64,000 nt of DNA from an uncultured Methanosarcinales archaeon. GTDB lineage: Archaea; Halobacteriota; Methanosarcinia; Methanotrichales; Methanotrichaceae. The DNA is taken from NCBI GenBank assembly GCA_963843555.1, contig CAWJKV010000005.1:192001-256000 (forward strand), read 5' to 3'. A model generated the notes under the pieces. The model saw nothing but the letters and a program-made list of their open reading frames with translations. It had not been told where the DNA came from and made no database searches. The position numbers were made by a program, and so were the translations under genes. This document shows, piece by piece, positions 1 through 10,694 of the stretch; position 1 is the stretch's first letter, and every line of letters starts with the position of its first letter.

Positions 1-417
1 TCCATCCTGCCGGCGGCAGTTCTGAGAAACGTTGCCAAGAATTCGTCGGTCTCATAGAATTATGAAGGACGATCATGAATAAATAATTAAAGCCCATTTT
101 CATCTCACGGGTGCCTGATGGGCATGAAGGTTAAGTTATGATCTATATTTAATCTCTTCTGTTCTTTTTGCAGTAATATCCCAACTGAATTCGGCGCTAC
201 TCTGTTGCATCCTCCGTGGGCCACTCCGCCATCTCTTTTGGATTGCCAAGCAAGCGGTTTATGCACTATGCCATGGATTTGCTTCTTGATATTTCCTTGA
301 CTCAGATATTGCCGATTTTTGCATCAATTAACTGCGTTACTACAAATGCCTCGGCTCTTCTTGCTCCCTTCCGATAATTGAAGAAGCTGAGAACTATTAG
401 GGAATAAATAATTGGTA

Positions 418-3400
418 CTACTCCATCTCCTCTCCTTGCCTCGCAAGTGCCTCCTTAGCATGGATTCTAACCAAAACATCCTCATCGTTCAGAGCGCTCT
501 CAATGGCATCTTTTGCTCTGGGATCGTTGAAGTTCGTAAGGGCATCGATTATGTAGCATTGAACCTCATCCACCTCACCACTAAGGGCGGAGATCAGAGG
601 TTCTAAAGCTCTCGGGTCTTTTATCCTTCCCAGAGCTCTGGCCGCCTCTCCCCGTACTTCAATGTCCGGGTCCTTCAACGCTTCGATCAGGGGCACTACT
701 GCCTCTTCATCTCCGATCCTTCCCAAAGATTCGGCCGATGCGGTTCGAATCTCAGCACTTCCATCCTTCAAGGCCTCAAAAAGCGGCTTTGAGGCGGCGA
801 CATCACCTATGCTCCCCAGAGCTACGATCGCCTCTCGTCGGACCGCCTCACTCTCGTCCTGTAAAGCCAGTGTCAAGGGGCCCATGGCCAGAACACCCAT
901 TTTGCCAAGAGCCTCTGCTGATTTTCTTGCTACCCAGTGATTCTCATCCCGCAACGCTCCAACCAATGGTCCAATCGCTATGGGATCAGCTCTATTTCCT
1001 AAGACCTCTACCGCCTCTCCCCGGACTATTGGATCTTCGTGCTGCAAGAGATCGATGATCTTGATGCTTTTCAGGTCATCCATCTTCACTGGAGCCCCGT
1101 CCAGATCCATCCGAACGCCTTCTCCTTCAGGAGAGATGAAAAGGGCGGATCTCATGGACGGCATACCGATGCGTTCTATAGCTATCTTTGCCCTGTCTCT
1201 CACTCTGGGATTCTCGTCCTTTAGCAATGGGATGAGATGTTGAACCGCTCTTGCATCTTTAAAGCTTCCAAGGGCCTCCGCCGCCTTTGCCCTAACCCAT
1301 GGGTCCTCATCTTCCAAGGCCCCAATAAGAGGATCAATCGCCTTAGGGTCTCTAATTCTGGCCAATCCTTCGGCAGATTTTAGCCGTACCCAAGGATCCT
1401 CGTCTTTCAGGCCAGAGATGAGCGGCAGCAGCGCCCTCGGGTCACGAAGGCTTCCCAATGCCTCGCACACCTGACCTCTGACATCCGCTTCCCTGTCCAT
1501 GGATGCCTGTACTAAGGGCTCAAATGCTCTGATATCGGCAATAATCCGCAGGCCTTCTACTGCCTGTATTCGGACCCAAGGATTAGGATCATTTAGAAGC
1601 GCTATCAAAGGCTCAACTGCCCTATAATCTCTGATCCAGCCTAGAGAGATCGCCGCCTCTCCCCTGACCTCATCGTAATCGTCACGCAAAGCCTGGATCA
1701 ATGCCGGAACTGCTCTTTGATCTCCAATAACACCTAAAGCTCTTGCTCCTCCGATTCTGGTCGGGGCGTGCTTGTCGCTCAATGACTGAATCAGGGGCAT
1801 TACCGCTCTTGCATCTCTTATTCTTCCCAGGGCATCGGCAGCAGCAGCTCTTATCTCTGCATCCTCATTTGAAAGTGCAGCTATAAGGGGATCTACGGAA
1901 GGTGGGCCGATACGTATTAGCGCTTCTTTAGCCGCTTCTCGTACTTGTTCGCCTTCTTCCATGGCCAGCGTCAGTGGCCAGGCAGCTGGCGCACCGATGC
2001 GAATCAGGATCTCTAAGAGGCGGACTCTTCCCAGGGGATCATCTTTAAAAGACTGCATGACGGGACCAACAGATGGTGCTCCGATTCTCACCAGCACTTC
2101 TTCTTTTTGCGCTCGAACGGAATCATCCTCTTTAAGACTCTGTACGAGAGGGCCGACAGCCGGCGCCCCAATTCGCACCAGGATCTCCACAGCTTCCTGA
2201 TGTATGGATTCATTTTCATGAGATATTGCTTGAATTAGCGGTGCAACAGCAGGCAGGCCGATATGCACCAGCGTCTCCGTGGCAAGGGTTCTGGACTCAT
2301 CATCCTTTGCCAGGGTTCCAATCAGGTAATCTACTGCTAGCGCTCCCATGCCTGCCAGGGCTCCGGCGGCTTCAACCCGGACCATTCGTTCATCATCATT
2401 GGATGCTCGAATTAAGGGCCATAGTGCCCTTAAATCTCCAATCTCGCCCAGAGCTTTAGCCGAGCAGACTCTCACATCCCTCTTTTCATCGCTCAGTCCT
2501 CGGATCAACGGCTCTACAGCAGGCTCTCCTATGCGCACCAAAGCCGCAGCTGCCAAGGTCCTGAATCCTTCGTCTTTATCCTCATCCTTTAAGGCCTGAG
2601 CAAGAGGCTCTACTGCCAGCGCTCCGAGTCGCGCCAGGACCACTACAGACTCAGCCTGCAGATCTTTATCTCTGTAATTCAGAGCCTGGATCAAATGCTT
2701 CACTGCCGGCTCCCCTATGCGGACGATCAACTCTGCAGATAATTCCCGCATATCTTCATCCTCCTCTTTCATTGCCCAGATCAGGGGCTCTGCCGCCGGC
2801 TCTCCAATTCTCACCAGGATCTCTCCTGCCATCTCCCTTTGATCCCGGTCTTCATTCCTCATAGCTAAGACCAATGGTTTTGCGGCCTCTGCTCCCATTC
2901 GAACCAGCACTTCTCCGGCCTCAGTTTGTAGTGATAGATCCCCATCTTTTAGCGCTGAGATGAGAGGCTTCGCGGCTGCATCGCCCATTTTCACCAGGAC
3001 CTCTCTTGCCTCCTGCCTCCGCTGCCAATCTTCATCTCTAAGTGCTATTACCAGTGGATCAATGGCCGGATTTTTCAGCCTGAGCAATGCCTCTGCCGCC
3101 TTATTCCTAACCCATGGTTCTCCGTCACCCAAGGCTTTGATCAGGGGCTCAGTTGCCTTTGGATCTCCGACTTTCCCCAGGGCTTCTGCTGCATAGAATC
3201 TGACTTCGCCATCATCATCATTCAAAGCCTTGATCAGGCCTTCCACTGCCCTTGCATCTCCCAATCTTCCTAGAGCCTCAGCAGCTTTAATTCGAACCGC
3301 CGGATCTTCATCGTTTAAAGACTGAATGAGAGTATCAAGCGCATCGAGAACTCCCGTTTCCCCTAATGCCTCTGCAGCCGCTGCTCGTAAAATAGGGTCT

Positions 3401-3477
3401 GTTTGACTAAGAAGCGCATTTTTGAGCGCCGAAACATCATTTGCATTTTTAAACCTGGCTAGATCGTTGCTCTCCAT
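418..3477 (-). CDS. HEAT/PBS-lyase repeat protein (~1020 aa)
   Basis: Dozens of ~31-aa repeats of the type 'AVEPLIxALxDEDxxVRxxAAEALGxIGD'. ATG at 3477 (MESND); the ORF track starts at TTG 3498. Confidence 0.9.
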   Translation of the reverse strand: MESNDLARFKNANDVSALKNALLSQTDPILRAAAAEALGETGVLDALDTLIQSLNDEDPAVRIKAAEALGRLGDARAVEGLIKALNDDDGEVRFYAAEALGKVGDPKATEPLIKALGDGEPWVRNKAAEALLRLKNPAIDPLVIALRDEDWQRRQEAREVLVKMGDAAAKPLISALKDGDLSLQTEAGEVLVRMGAEAAKPLVLAMRNEDRDQREMAGEILVRIGEPAAEPLIWAMKEEDEDMRELSAELIVRIGEPAVKHLIQALNYRDKDLQAESVVVLARLGALAVEPLAQALKDEDKDEGFRTLAAAALVRIGEPAVEPLIRGLSDEKRDVRVCSAKALGEIGDLRALWPLIRASNDDERMVRVEAAGALAGMGALAVDYLIGTLAKDDESRTLATETLVHIGLPAVAPLIQAISHENESIHQEAVEILVRIGAPAVGPLVQSLKEDDSVRAQKEEVLVRIGAPSVGPVMQSFKDDPLGRVRLLEILIRIGAPAAWPLTLAMEEGEQVREAAKEALIRIGPPSVDPLIAALSNEDAEIRAAAADALGRIRDARAVMPLIQSLSDKHAPTRIGGARALGVIGDQRAVPALIQALRDDYDEVRGEAAISLGWIRDYRAVEPLIALLNDPNPWVRIQAVEGLRIIADIRAFEPLVQASMDREADVRGQVCEALGSLRDPRALLPLISGLKDEDPWVRLKSAEGLARIRDPKAIDPLIGALEDEDPWVRAKAAEALGSFKDARAVQHLIPLLKDENPRVRDRAKIAIERIGMPSMRSALFISPEGEGVRMDLDGAPVKMDDLKSIKIIDLLQHEDPIVRGEAVEVLGNRADPIAIGPLVGALRDENHWVARKSAEALGKMGVLAMGPLTLALQDESEAVRREAIVALGSIGDVAASKPLFEALKDGSAEIRTASAESLGRIGDEEAVVPLIEALKDPDIEVRGEAARALGRIKDPRALEPLISALSGEVDEVQCYIIDALTNFNDPRAKDAIESALNDEDVLVRIHAKEALARQGEEME

Positions 3478-4032
3478 CTTTTCACCTTTATGATCCAAGA
3501 CTACGACATGGGGATGTTTTCCACTAAGCAGTATTCTTATTTAATTTGTTTGTATTAATAGATATTTGAGAAGCCATCAGGTGGCGTGCCATAGTTGCTG
3601 TAAAAGGCCTCATGAAACTTCAATTCCTGCCCCGAAACCATGAAGACACTTGGACCACTTAAGCAGTCTTGATATGGGTGGTGAAGGCTGTTTTGCGAAT
3701 TTGGGACCTGCGAAACCGTTGCAAAAGTAGCCATTCATTTTAGCCCTCATCGCGTTAAGAAGCGCGATCGATTCAGTTATGGTCCTCGATCAGCTCATCT
3801 AAGGGGATATTCTATCTGCACACATTCGACCCTCAAGAGTCCAGGTACACCTCTGCTTTTCTAAGCGTTGCGACATCCGAATGCAGATATGCTGTGCCCT
3901 GTCGCAAACAGGAGATCAGAGGTAATATGATATTTGGCATAGGGGCGTGGGTTCACGCGATCGAGCCTGGGAATGTCGATCTTTCCCATCCCGTGCTCCA
4001 TCCCGATGCCCTCTGAACCCTGGCCAAGCGCT

Positions 4033-6270
4033 TCAAAAGATCACTTCAATGGTTCTGCCTTTGAGGACATCTTCCTCACTCACATTGAGGTTCTGCATCT
4101 TCACGCCGTTTTCGTTTCCCGAGAATACGAGATAAGGATCAACGGCATGGGTTCCATACCGGGCCTCTGTGGAATAAGGAACCCTTATCTCAAATGCATT
4201 TCCCGTGAATGTGGCCTCATTGACATAATTGAAGGTCCTTCCCTGGTTGGAGGTCATATTCAGCAAGGCCCCAACCTTCTGGTCTGTCCCCGTCTGGACC
4301 CTTATCACCGCCCCCGGAACGTACTCAAAGATCTTAACCTCGCTTTTTGGGTTGTCTCCGCTTCCCATAAAGGTACTCGATTCATGAATCAGCCGGAAGT
4401 GCCCTGTCCCCGCGCCATCGAAGAAATAGAGCCTTCCCAGAGTCGTATTGAAGAGCCTTGGCTGAGGTATGGCGGCAATCTGAGAACCATCCTCCTCCAT
4501 TTCCATGTAGCTATCGAGATCTTCATTTGCCCAGGCGGTAAGAGCTGGAAGCTTGCCGAAGACCATATCGAAGTCGGCCAGTATGAACCTTGATCCCCTG
4601 GCATCCAGCACGGCGGTCGCGTTCTCTTCGCTCTCCGATAGATAGAATCTGGCAGCGTCCACCGCACCCGCCTGGAAGTTGTTCGCTACCACCGGCCTTT
4701 CAGCCAGATAGACGATCCAGTTTCCATAATCCCACCAGCTCATGACGCTATACTCCGGAATGCTCTCAGGAAGATCATAGTAGCTGGTGGTGTTGCTATT
4801 CTCCTTCAGCCAGATCAGAGACTCCTGCCAGTCGCCCTCCACCGCAGGGGGAGTCCCCCCTGCAGTGTATACAACATACACCGCACCCGCTAGCATGGGT
4901 GTGATCAAAAGCAGCAAGAGGATTGCAGTCCATCCCCTTGGAGCTTTCTCTGGACGCGCTGCCAACCTCTTTTCAACCAAATCCACGACCAAGAAGAAAA
5001 GTATGCTTATGAGCACCCCCATTGCAATTATTGAGATGTAAAGGAATCTGGTCTGCCCAAAGGTGAGAAGGAGGGTGAAGACCGCCCAGACCAGAAGAAG
5101 TAGCCGGCCCTGCCTCTTTCCCCCATCACTTTGTTGTATGTAGATAATGAGGGCTGCAATTCCTGCCAGGGATAAGAGAAGATTCAATCCCAGCCAGGAG
5201 AAGAGAACCTGGAAAAACGTTTCTGCATTGTACACGAGAGGCTCCGCTTCGCCTATCTTTCCGACCATCCCGCCGCCCCAAATGTAGTCCATTCCGTATT
5301 GGAGCAAGGCACCCAGCCCAAAAAATCCGCTCATGAACCGGACGGATAAAACGAAGACCATGACCAGGGCCAGAATGCTGAGCGGAAACTTCGCCCAGGA
5401 TATCTTCCTCATCTCCATGAAGCGAGCGAGAGCAAACATGATAGACAGGGCGACTATAATGGCCGCTATTCCCAGGAAGGATGGCGAGAGCCAGGGAGTA
5501 TTCCAGAATGGCAGAACAAGAATAAAAGCCACAGCAAAGGCGATCAAGAGTGTTGTTGCAGTATCTGTAGATGGTCTCTCGTCTCTTAAGTCCAGGGTCA
5601 TCCTGACAGCAGCATAAATCAGGAAAATCCCCAGGTAAATGTCCGCACCCTGCCAGGTATATGCCAGAGCTGCCATGGCAACTCCTGCAGCGCATGCAAA
5701 CAGGTATCTCTTCTCACTTCTGGTAGTGGCCATGATTATGAGCAAGAGGGTGACGAGCTGAAGCAGAACCTCCAGGCTATGGTGATCTGTTCCTGCAAAC
5801 ATCGACTTTAAGATAAAGTAGGGCGCCAATGCGGTCATGAGACTCGCCAATAGAGCGACTCTGTGATCGAAGAGTTCCTTTACTATGCAATAGACCACTA
5901 TTATCGCCAGGATTCCGTTGAGAACGGGAACAAAGGACGCCACCATCTCCACGCCCGCCTTTGTGTGCTGGCCTAAAATCACACTCAAGGTTGCCGAGAT
6001 CTGATCAAAAAGAGGAGGCCAGGTTATAACCAAGCCGTGCGGATAGTTCAGGTATGAATCGAACCAGAGGGTGTTGGGAAAGTGGTTTACGGTATAGAAG
6101 ATCCTGCGCATATGGTAAAACTCATCGTAGCCCGGCAAGAGGATCCCATTTTCAGTGAGAGAACTCCTTCCCGCAAACAACCTCAGCAAAAAGCCGAAGA
6201 GAACAATCGCCAGAAGCTCTGCCGGTTCGCTCCTTTTCCCTCGATCCATGCTCTCGGTAAAGAGACGCAA
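4033..6270 (-). CDS. aglB: Archaeal oligosaccharyltransferase (STT3/AglB family)
   Basis: N-terminal D-E-F-Y-H-M-R motif, DHH, multiple TM helices, WWDYG motif and downstream DxxK-like motif. The true start may be ATG 6249. Confidence 0.92.
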   Translation of the reverse strand: MRLFTESMDRGKRSEPAELLAIVLFGFLLRLFAGRSSLTENGILLPGYDEFYHMRRIFYTVNHFPNTLWFDSYLNYPHGLVITWPPLFDQISATLSVILGQHTKAGVEMVASFVPVLNGILAIIVVYCIVKELFDHRVALLASLMTALAPYFILKSMFAGTDHHSLEVLLQLVTLLLIIMATTRSEKRYLFACAAGVAMAALAYTWQGADIYLGIFLIYAAVRMTLDLRDERPSTDTATTLLIAFAVAFILVLPFWNTPWLSPSFLGIAAIIVALSIMFALARFMEMRKISWAKFPLSILALVMVFVLSVRFMSGFFGLGALLQYGMDYIWGGGMVGKIGEAEPLVYNAETFFQVLFSWLGLNLLLSLAGIAALIIYIQQSDGGKRQGRLLLLVWAVFTLLLTFGQTRFLYISIIAMGVLISILFFLVVDLVEKRLAARPEKAPRGWTAILLLLLITPMLAGAVYVVYTAGGTPPAVEGDWQESLIWLKENSNTTSYYDLPESIPEYSVMSWWDYGNWIVYLAERPVVANNFQAGAVDAARFYLSESEENATAVLDARGSRFILADFDMVFGKLPALTAWANEDLDSYMEMEEDGSQIAAIPQPRLFNTTLGRLYFFDGAGTGHFRLIHESSTFMGSGDNPKSEVKIFEYVPGAVIRVQTGTDQKVGALLNMTSNQGRTFNYVNEATFTGNAFEIRVPYSTEARYGTHAVDPYLVFSGNENGVKMQNLNVSEEDVLKGRTIEVIF

Positions 6271-6329
6271 TATATAAAAGTTTATTGCAGCAGCGCATCC
6301 TTATCCCTGAAAGTTATGTGTTTCCAAAT

Positions 6330-6836
6330 TTAATTTGCAAAGTCATCCTCCCGCCAGGCCAGATTGCTTTGCCGGCTATCGTCAATATCCTGGCTGTCAA
6401 AGACCACCAGCCTGAAGAGGACTTCCTCGTTCTCACTGAAATCGGCACTGATTTCGTAGCTATCCTCCATCACTTCAAATATCTCTTCGTCAATATCCAG
6501 ACCATGTTCAAGCTCAAAACCCTCTATCTCACCCAGGGAAATGCCATGATCTGCCGCCATCTTTGCCTTTATGAGTTCAAGGACATTCTGGTCCTCTGCG
6601 GCTGCTATATAGATTCTGAAGCCGCCAATCTCGTCGTCGATGAAGTCTATCTGGAGCCGCAAATGCCAGGGATCCTCGGCTATCATCAAATCTCTTTTAT
6701 TTTTCAGATCATCAATAAGTGCCCGAGAGATCTCGAGCTCTTCCGCCGCCCGGTGCATATCCGCGAAGAGAGTAGAATGTGCAAAAGCGACATCATCGAT
6801 CATCTCCTTCCAGAGATCATAGGTAAGGCTGTACAC
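6330..6836 (-). CDS. Acidic hypothetical protein
   Basis: 168-aa ORF with protein-like, D/E-rich composition, co-oriented with neighbours. Confidence 0.7.
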   Translation of the reverse strand: MYSLTYDLWKEMIDDVAFAHSTLFADMHRAAEELEISRALIDDLKNKRDLMIAEDPWHLRLQIDFIDDEIGGFRIYIAAAEDQNVLELIKAKMAADHGISLGEIEGFELEHGLDIDEEIFEVMEDSYEISADFSENEEVLFRLVVFDSQDIDDSRQSNLAWREDDFAN

Positions 6837-6924
6837 AGGTAAGAGCTCCCAAGGATATTGGATTGGATACAGATTTGATAGGAATGTATGGCTATAGGCT
6901 ATTCAACTTTTTCCCAAAATCACT

Positions 6925-7476
6925 CTAAAAACGATAGGTCCTCATTGAAATCTTTGCCACCCTGAGATCGGAGACGAACTCTTCCATGAGATTGTTATTC
7001 CTTAAGACCGCTGCAGGATGGTAAGTGACCAGAAAGCGGCCCTGTTGGATCTGGCCACGCAAAGTTGTGACGCCCTGTATACCCAGGACCGCCTGAGTCG
7101 CAGTGTTTCCCATCAGACAGACAATTCTCGGATGGACCAGATCTATCTGTGCCTGCAAGTACGGGCGGCATAGATCAACCTCTCCCTTCTTTGGCTTTCT
7201 GTTTTCCGGGGGGCGGCATTTAATGACGCTGGTTATGAAAACCTCAGATCTCTCCAGACCTGCCTGTGCCAGAGCTCTGTCCAGCAACCTCCCTGCCCGG
7301 CCTACGAATGGCAATCCTTTGAGGTCCTCCTCCCTGCCGGGGGCTTCGCCCACCAGCATGATCTGTGCCGGAGAAGGGCCGCTGCCAGGGACGGCGCATT
7401 TTCGGCCCGCCGAGAGAGGACAGAGCTTACACGTGCAGATTTTCTGGTGAAGAGTGGGGATGTCTATGAATTTCAT
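6925..7476 (-). CDS. udg: Uracil-DNA glycosylase family 4 (4Fe-4S)
   Basis: CxxCxL, GEAPG, PFVGRAG, KCRPPENR and TYHPAA motifs. Confidence 0.93.
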   Translation of the reverse strand: MKFIDIPTLHQKICTCKLCPLSAGRKCAVPGSGPSPAQIMLVGEAPGREEDLKGLPFVGRAGRLLDRALAQAGLERSEVFITSVIKCRPPENRKPKKGEVDLCRPYLQAQIDLVHPRIVCLMGNTATQAVLGIQGVTTLRGQIQQGRFLVTYHPAAVLRNNNLMEEFVSDLRVAKISMRTYRF

Positions 7477-7609
7477 CAGGATAGGGTCTCTATTTCGTAA
7501 TTGATAATCTTTTCCAAAACCAAAGTTGAGAAATTCCCCGATCTATTTCTCGCCGGAGAACGAAAGGTTCTTATTTGCTCAGACCTGTAGCCAAAGGAGG
7601 AGGGTACCG

Positions 7610-7846
7610 ATGCAGTTTGCAGAGTGGACATATCCCCTGAGGAAGTTCGACGACATATATTATACCATTGAAAGGATCGTTTATGGCCAGGGCGAGCTGA
7701 AGGGCTTTACCACGGAAGATATTTACAACAACCTGCGAGATAAACGATTTTTCCGGGATGTTCAGGATCTGAATATATATCTATTGGAAAACGGAAAGAA
7801 ATTTAAGATCAGGAAGATAGACGAGGCATGGGAGCGCTACTACTAG
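7610..7846 (+). CDS. Small hypothetical protein
   Basis: ATG 7610 (MQFAEW...) preceded by GGAGGAGG; lies within ORF 7526..7846. Confidence 0.6.
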   Translation: MQFAEWTYPLRKFDDIYYTIERIVYGQGELKGFTTEDIYNNLRDKRFFRDVQDLNIYLLENGKKFKIRKIDEAWERYY

Positions 7847-7850
7847 CGCC

Positions 7851-9115
7851 TCATCGCGCTTTTTCTGTGAAATAGATATTTCTTTCATCTATTCCGAGTT
7901 CCACGAATCTGCCCGTGGCCAAGATGCTGTGGCTGTGCTTGAGCGAGGCCACTCTTACACCTGCAGACACCACCGATTCGGCCGGCAATGTGACATTCTC
8001 GCCAATAATAGCGACGCTTCTGCCTCCAGCTCCATTTGGCCCTAAAACGCTGAGCTCCTCGATGGTTGAGTGGCGACCGACGATGGCACGGTTGATACTG
8101 ACGGTATGCTGGATGTGGGAGAAGCTCATGATCATGCTCTCCCTGATCTCAACATTGCGATCGATGAGGCTGGTGTGGCCGATGTGGGAGTCCTCGATTA
8201 CCGCTCCTCTTTCGATCTGGCAGTTCCGGCCTATGGAGACATTCCCCTTCAGCACAATATCGCCCGATGCAAGCTTCGGCCCAATCTTGGCCAGTGTACT
8301 GGGATGAACCCACTGATTAGGCATGTAGCAGTACTTGCGGTCGAAGTGTCTGACCCGGCCCGAGAGACAGTCCATGCTGGCCTGATGCAGCCTTTCCGGC
8401 GTGCCTATGTCGATCCAGTAGCCGGATATGGGAAAACCATAGACAGGATAGCCGTTCTCAGTCAGATAGGGGATCAGGTCGCCGCCTATATCCCGTGCTT
8501 TATCGCCCATCTTTGCCAGGACCTCGCGGATCTGGGGGAGAAGAGATAGAAGGCCGTGTTTATCATGCGACTCGGTTCGCTTCCCGATTTTGGCTTTTCC
8601 ACGAAGCCCTGGATTCGCATATCCTCGTCCACGCGAGCGACGCCGTACGAAGAGATGTTCTCATCCGGCCCCAGTTCCTTCAGGGCCACAGTAAGCAAAG
8701 GCTTATGCTTGTGATGGAACTCAACGATGCTCTGCAGATCGATGTCGATGAGATTATCGCCTGAGACTACAAGCAGGTCATTGTCTATGTCGAAATAGTT
8801 CATGCAATAGCGCAGCGAATCGGCGCTGCCTTTATCGTCATAGAGCGGCTGGTAGCTGAAATCCTGGTGGTCGGTGATTCCCAGGCGCTTGAAGAAGCCC
8901 TCTCCCGCTTTAAAGTAGTTGCTCAGATTGAGGGTGTTGTTGGCACCCTTGCTGCCCAGGATGAACCTGCGACAGCCCTGACTGGCCAGGACCCGGAACA
9001 GATTGGCAATGATGGCAGTGTCGCATAATTCTACCAAAGGCTTGGGTTGGTCCAGCGTTAAAGGATAGAGTCGCGTTCCTGAGCCGCCAACGGTTGCGAG
9101 GACCTGAGGAAACAT
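7851..9115 (-). CDS. NDP-sugar synthase (mannose-1-P guanylyltransferase/GlgC-like) with LbH C-terminus, frameshifted near 8535
   Basis: GGSGTRLYPLT...PKP, SGD and FVEKP in 8486..9115; YWIDIGTP and hexapeptide repeats in 7851..8510. One missing base in a C-run joins them. Confidence 0.85.
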
Positions 9116-9176
9116 GGCTAACTATTATGTATACATAAATATTAAGACTATCCCTCGATTGAGCCTTTCGCTTCAC

Positions 9177-9269
9177 TCAGTAGCCGCGCATGATCCTCAT
9201 GATGATGCGGGCGACCATGAAAGCGAGCACGAACAGAATAGCGTAGAAGGCAATGGTTGTTATGTCCAT
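9177..9269 (-). CDS. 30-aa single-TM small protein MDITTIAFYAILFVLAFMVARIIMRIMRGY
   Basis: Manual translation: hydrophobic helix plus basic tail. TATA-like CTATAAA about 25 nt upstream. Below the ORF-track cutoff. Confidence 0.55.
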   Translation of the reverse strand: MDITTIAFYAILFVLAFMVARIIMRIMRGY

Positions 9270-9433
9270 GCCACATAGTCAAGCATTTCTGGTTTATAGC
9301 TTTGATTGAAGTCCGAAGGAGAAGAGGAGAGATGGTGACGGTTTGAGCAAGCCATAGATAAAAAAATTCAGGTCACCTCCGTGGAGATAGCTTATCTGCA
9401 AAAGATTGATCACTCAGAAGTGCTCCTACCCAA

Positions 9434-10651
9434 ATGCATCAGGTGCGTGCCATGAATCAGACTGAAGCCATCGAGAAGGCGAAGATGCACTTCGCCAAGC
9501 TGCTGGAGGAGCAGCTCAAGCGCGTTGACCAGATGAAGGCGGGAGAAGATTGGACAGATTACGGCATGATTATGCCCATAATCGTAGGAGTTGTGGGTGG
9601 GGACGGCATCGGCCCCTATATCACCAAAGAAGCTGTGCGGGTGCTGGAGTATGTCCTTGGCAAAGAGATTAAAGACGGGAGGGTTAAGCTGCGGGACATT
9701 CCCGGTCTGACCATCGAGGAGCGGGTCAAAGTCATGAAAGCCCTGCCAGAAGCGACGTTGGCGGCCTTAAAGGAATGCCACGTGATCTTGAAAGGTCCCC
9801 TCACCACGCCCAAGAAAGGCGACAAATGGCCCAACCTGGAGAGCGCCAATGTCTCCATGCGCCGCGAACTGGACCTCTTCGCCAACGTCCGGCCGGTGAA
9901 GGTGCCGGAGAAGGGCATCGACTGGATCTTCTACAGGGAGAACACCGAGGGCGAGTACGTCCTGGGAAGTTCGGGCCTCAATGTCACCGACGATCTGGCG
10001 GTCGACTTCAAAGTCATCACCACCCAGGGCGCAGAGCGCATCGTGCGCCTGGCCTTTGAGTACGCCAGGAAGAACGGCATAAAGCGCGTCTCGGCCGTCA
10101 CCAAGGCCAATGTCATCAAGACCACCGACGGCAAGTTCCTGGAGACGGCGAAAAGCGTGGCCAAGGATTACCCCGAGATTCAGTTCGACGACTGGTTCGT
10201 GGACATCATGGCCGCCAAACTGGTCGATGAGAAGCGCAGAAAAGAGTTCAAGGTCATAGTCCTTCCCAACCTCTACGGTGACATTCTGACCGATGAGGCG
10301 GCGGAGTTCCAGGGCGGAGTGGGCACAGCCGGGAGCGCCAACATCGGCAAGCGGTATGCCATGTTCGAGGCCATCCACGGCTCCGCTCCGCGCATGGTAG
10401 AGGAGGGCAGAGCCGCTTACGCTGATCCGGCCAGCATGATGCGAGCCTCTGTGATGATGCTCCGGCACATCGGCTTCGTGGATCAGGCGAGCAAGATGGA
10501 GATGGCCCTGGATATTTGCGGCCAGCTGGAAAAGAAGGTCATCCTCACCGGCCGATCGGACGGCGCCACAGGTGCCCAGTTTGCCGACTATGTGATGGAG
10601 ACCATCCGGGACCCCGATCTGGAGAACCGCTGGAAGAGCTACCAGAAATAG
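9434..10651 (+). CDS. Isocitrate/isopropylmalate family dehydrogenase
   Basis: GDGIGP, LKGPLTTP, RENTEGEY, TKANV, NLYGDILTD and EAIHGSAP motifs. Start may be ATG 9452. Confidence 0.92.
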   Translation: MHQVRAMNQTEAIEKAKMHFAKLLEEQLKRVDQMKAGEDWTDYGMIMPIIVGVVGGDGIGPYITKEAVRVLEYVLGKEIKDGRVKLRDIPGLTIEERVKVMKALPEATLAALKECHVILKGPLTTPKKGDKWPNLESANVSMRRELDLFANVRPVKVPEKGIDWIFYRENTEGEYVLGSSGLNVTDDLAVDFKVITTQGAERIVRLAFEYARKNGIKRVSAVTKANVIKTTDGKFLETAKSVAKDYPEIQFDDWFVDIMAAKLVDEKRRKEFKVIVLPNLYGDILTDEAAEFQGGVGTAGSANIGKRYAMFEAIHGSAPRMVEEGRAAYADPASMMRASVMMLRHIGFVDQASKMEMALDICGQLEKKVILTGRSDGATGAQFADYVMETIRDPDLENRWKSYQK

Positions 10652-10694
10652 ATGTAGAGGTAAAGCTTTAGACGAATAAGGCCTATTAGCTTCT

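Noticed and set aside
3685..3732. Imperfect inverted repeat GGCTGTTTTGC...GCAAAAGTAGCC as a possible IS scar
   Set aside because: Short, single copy, no transposase or target duplication.
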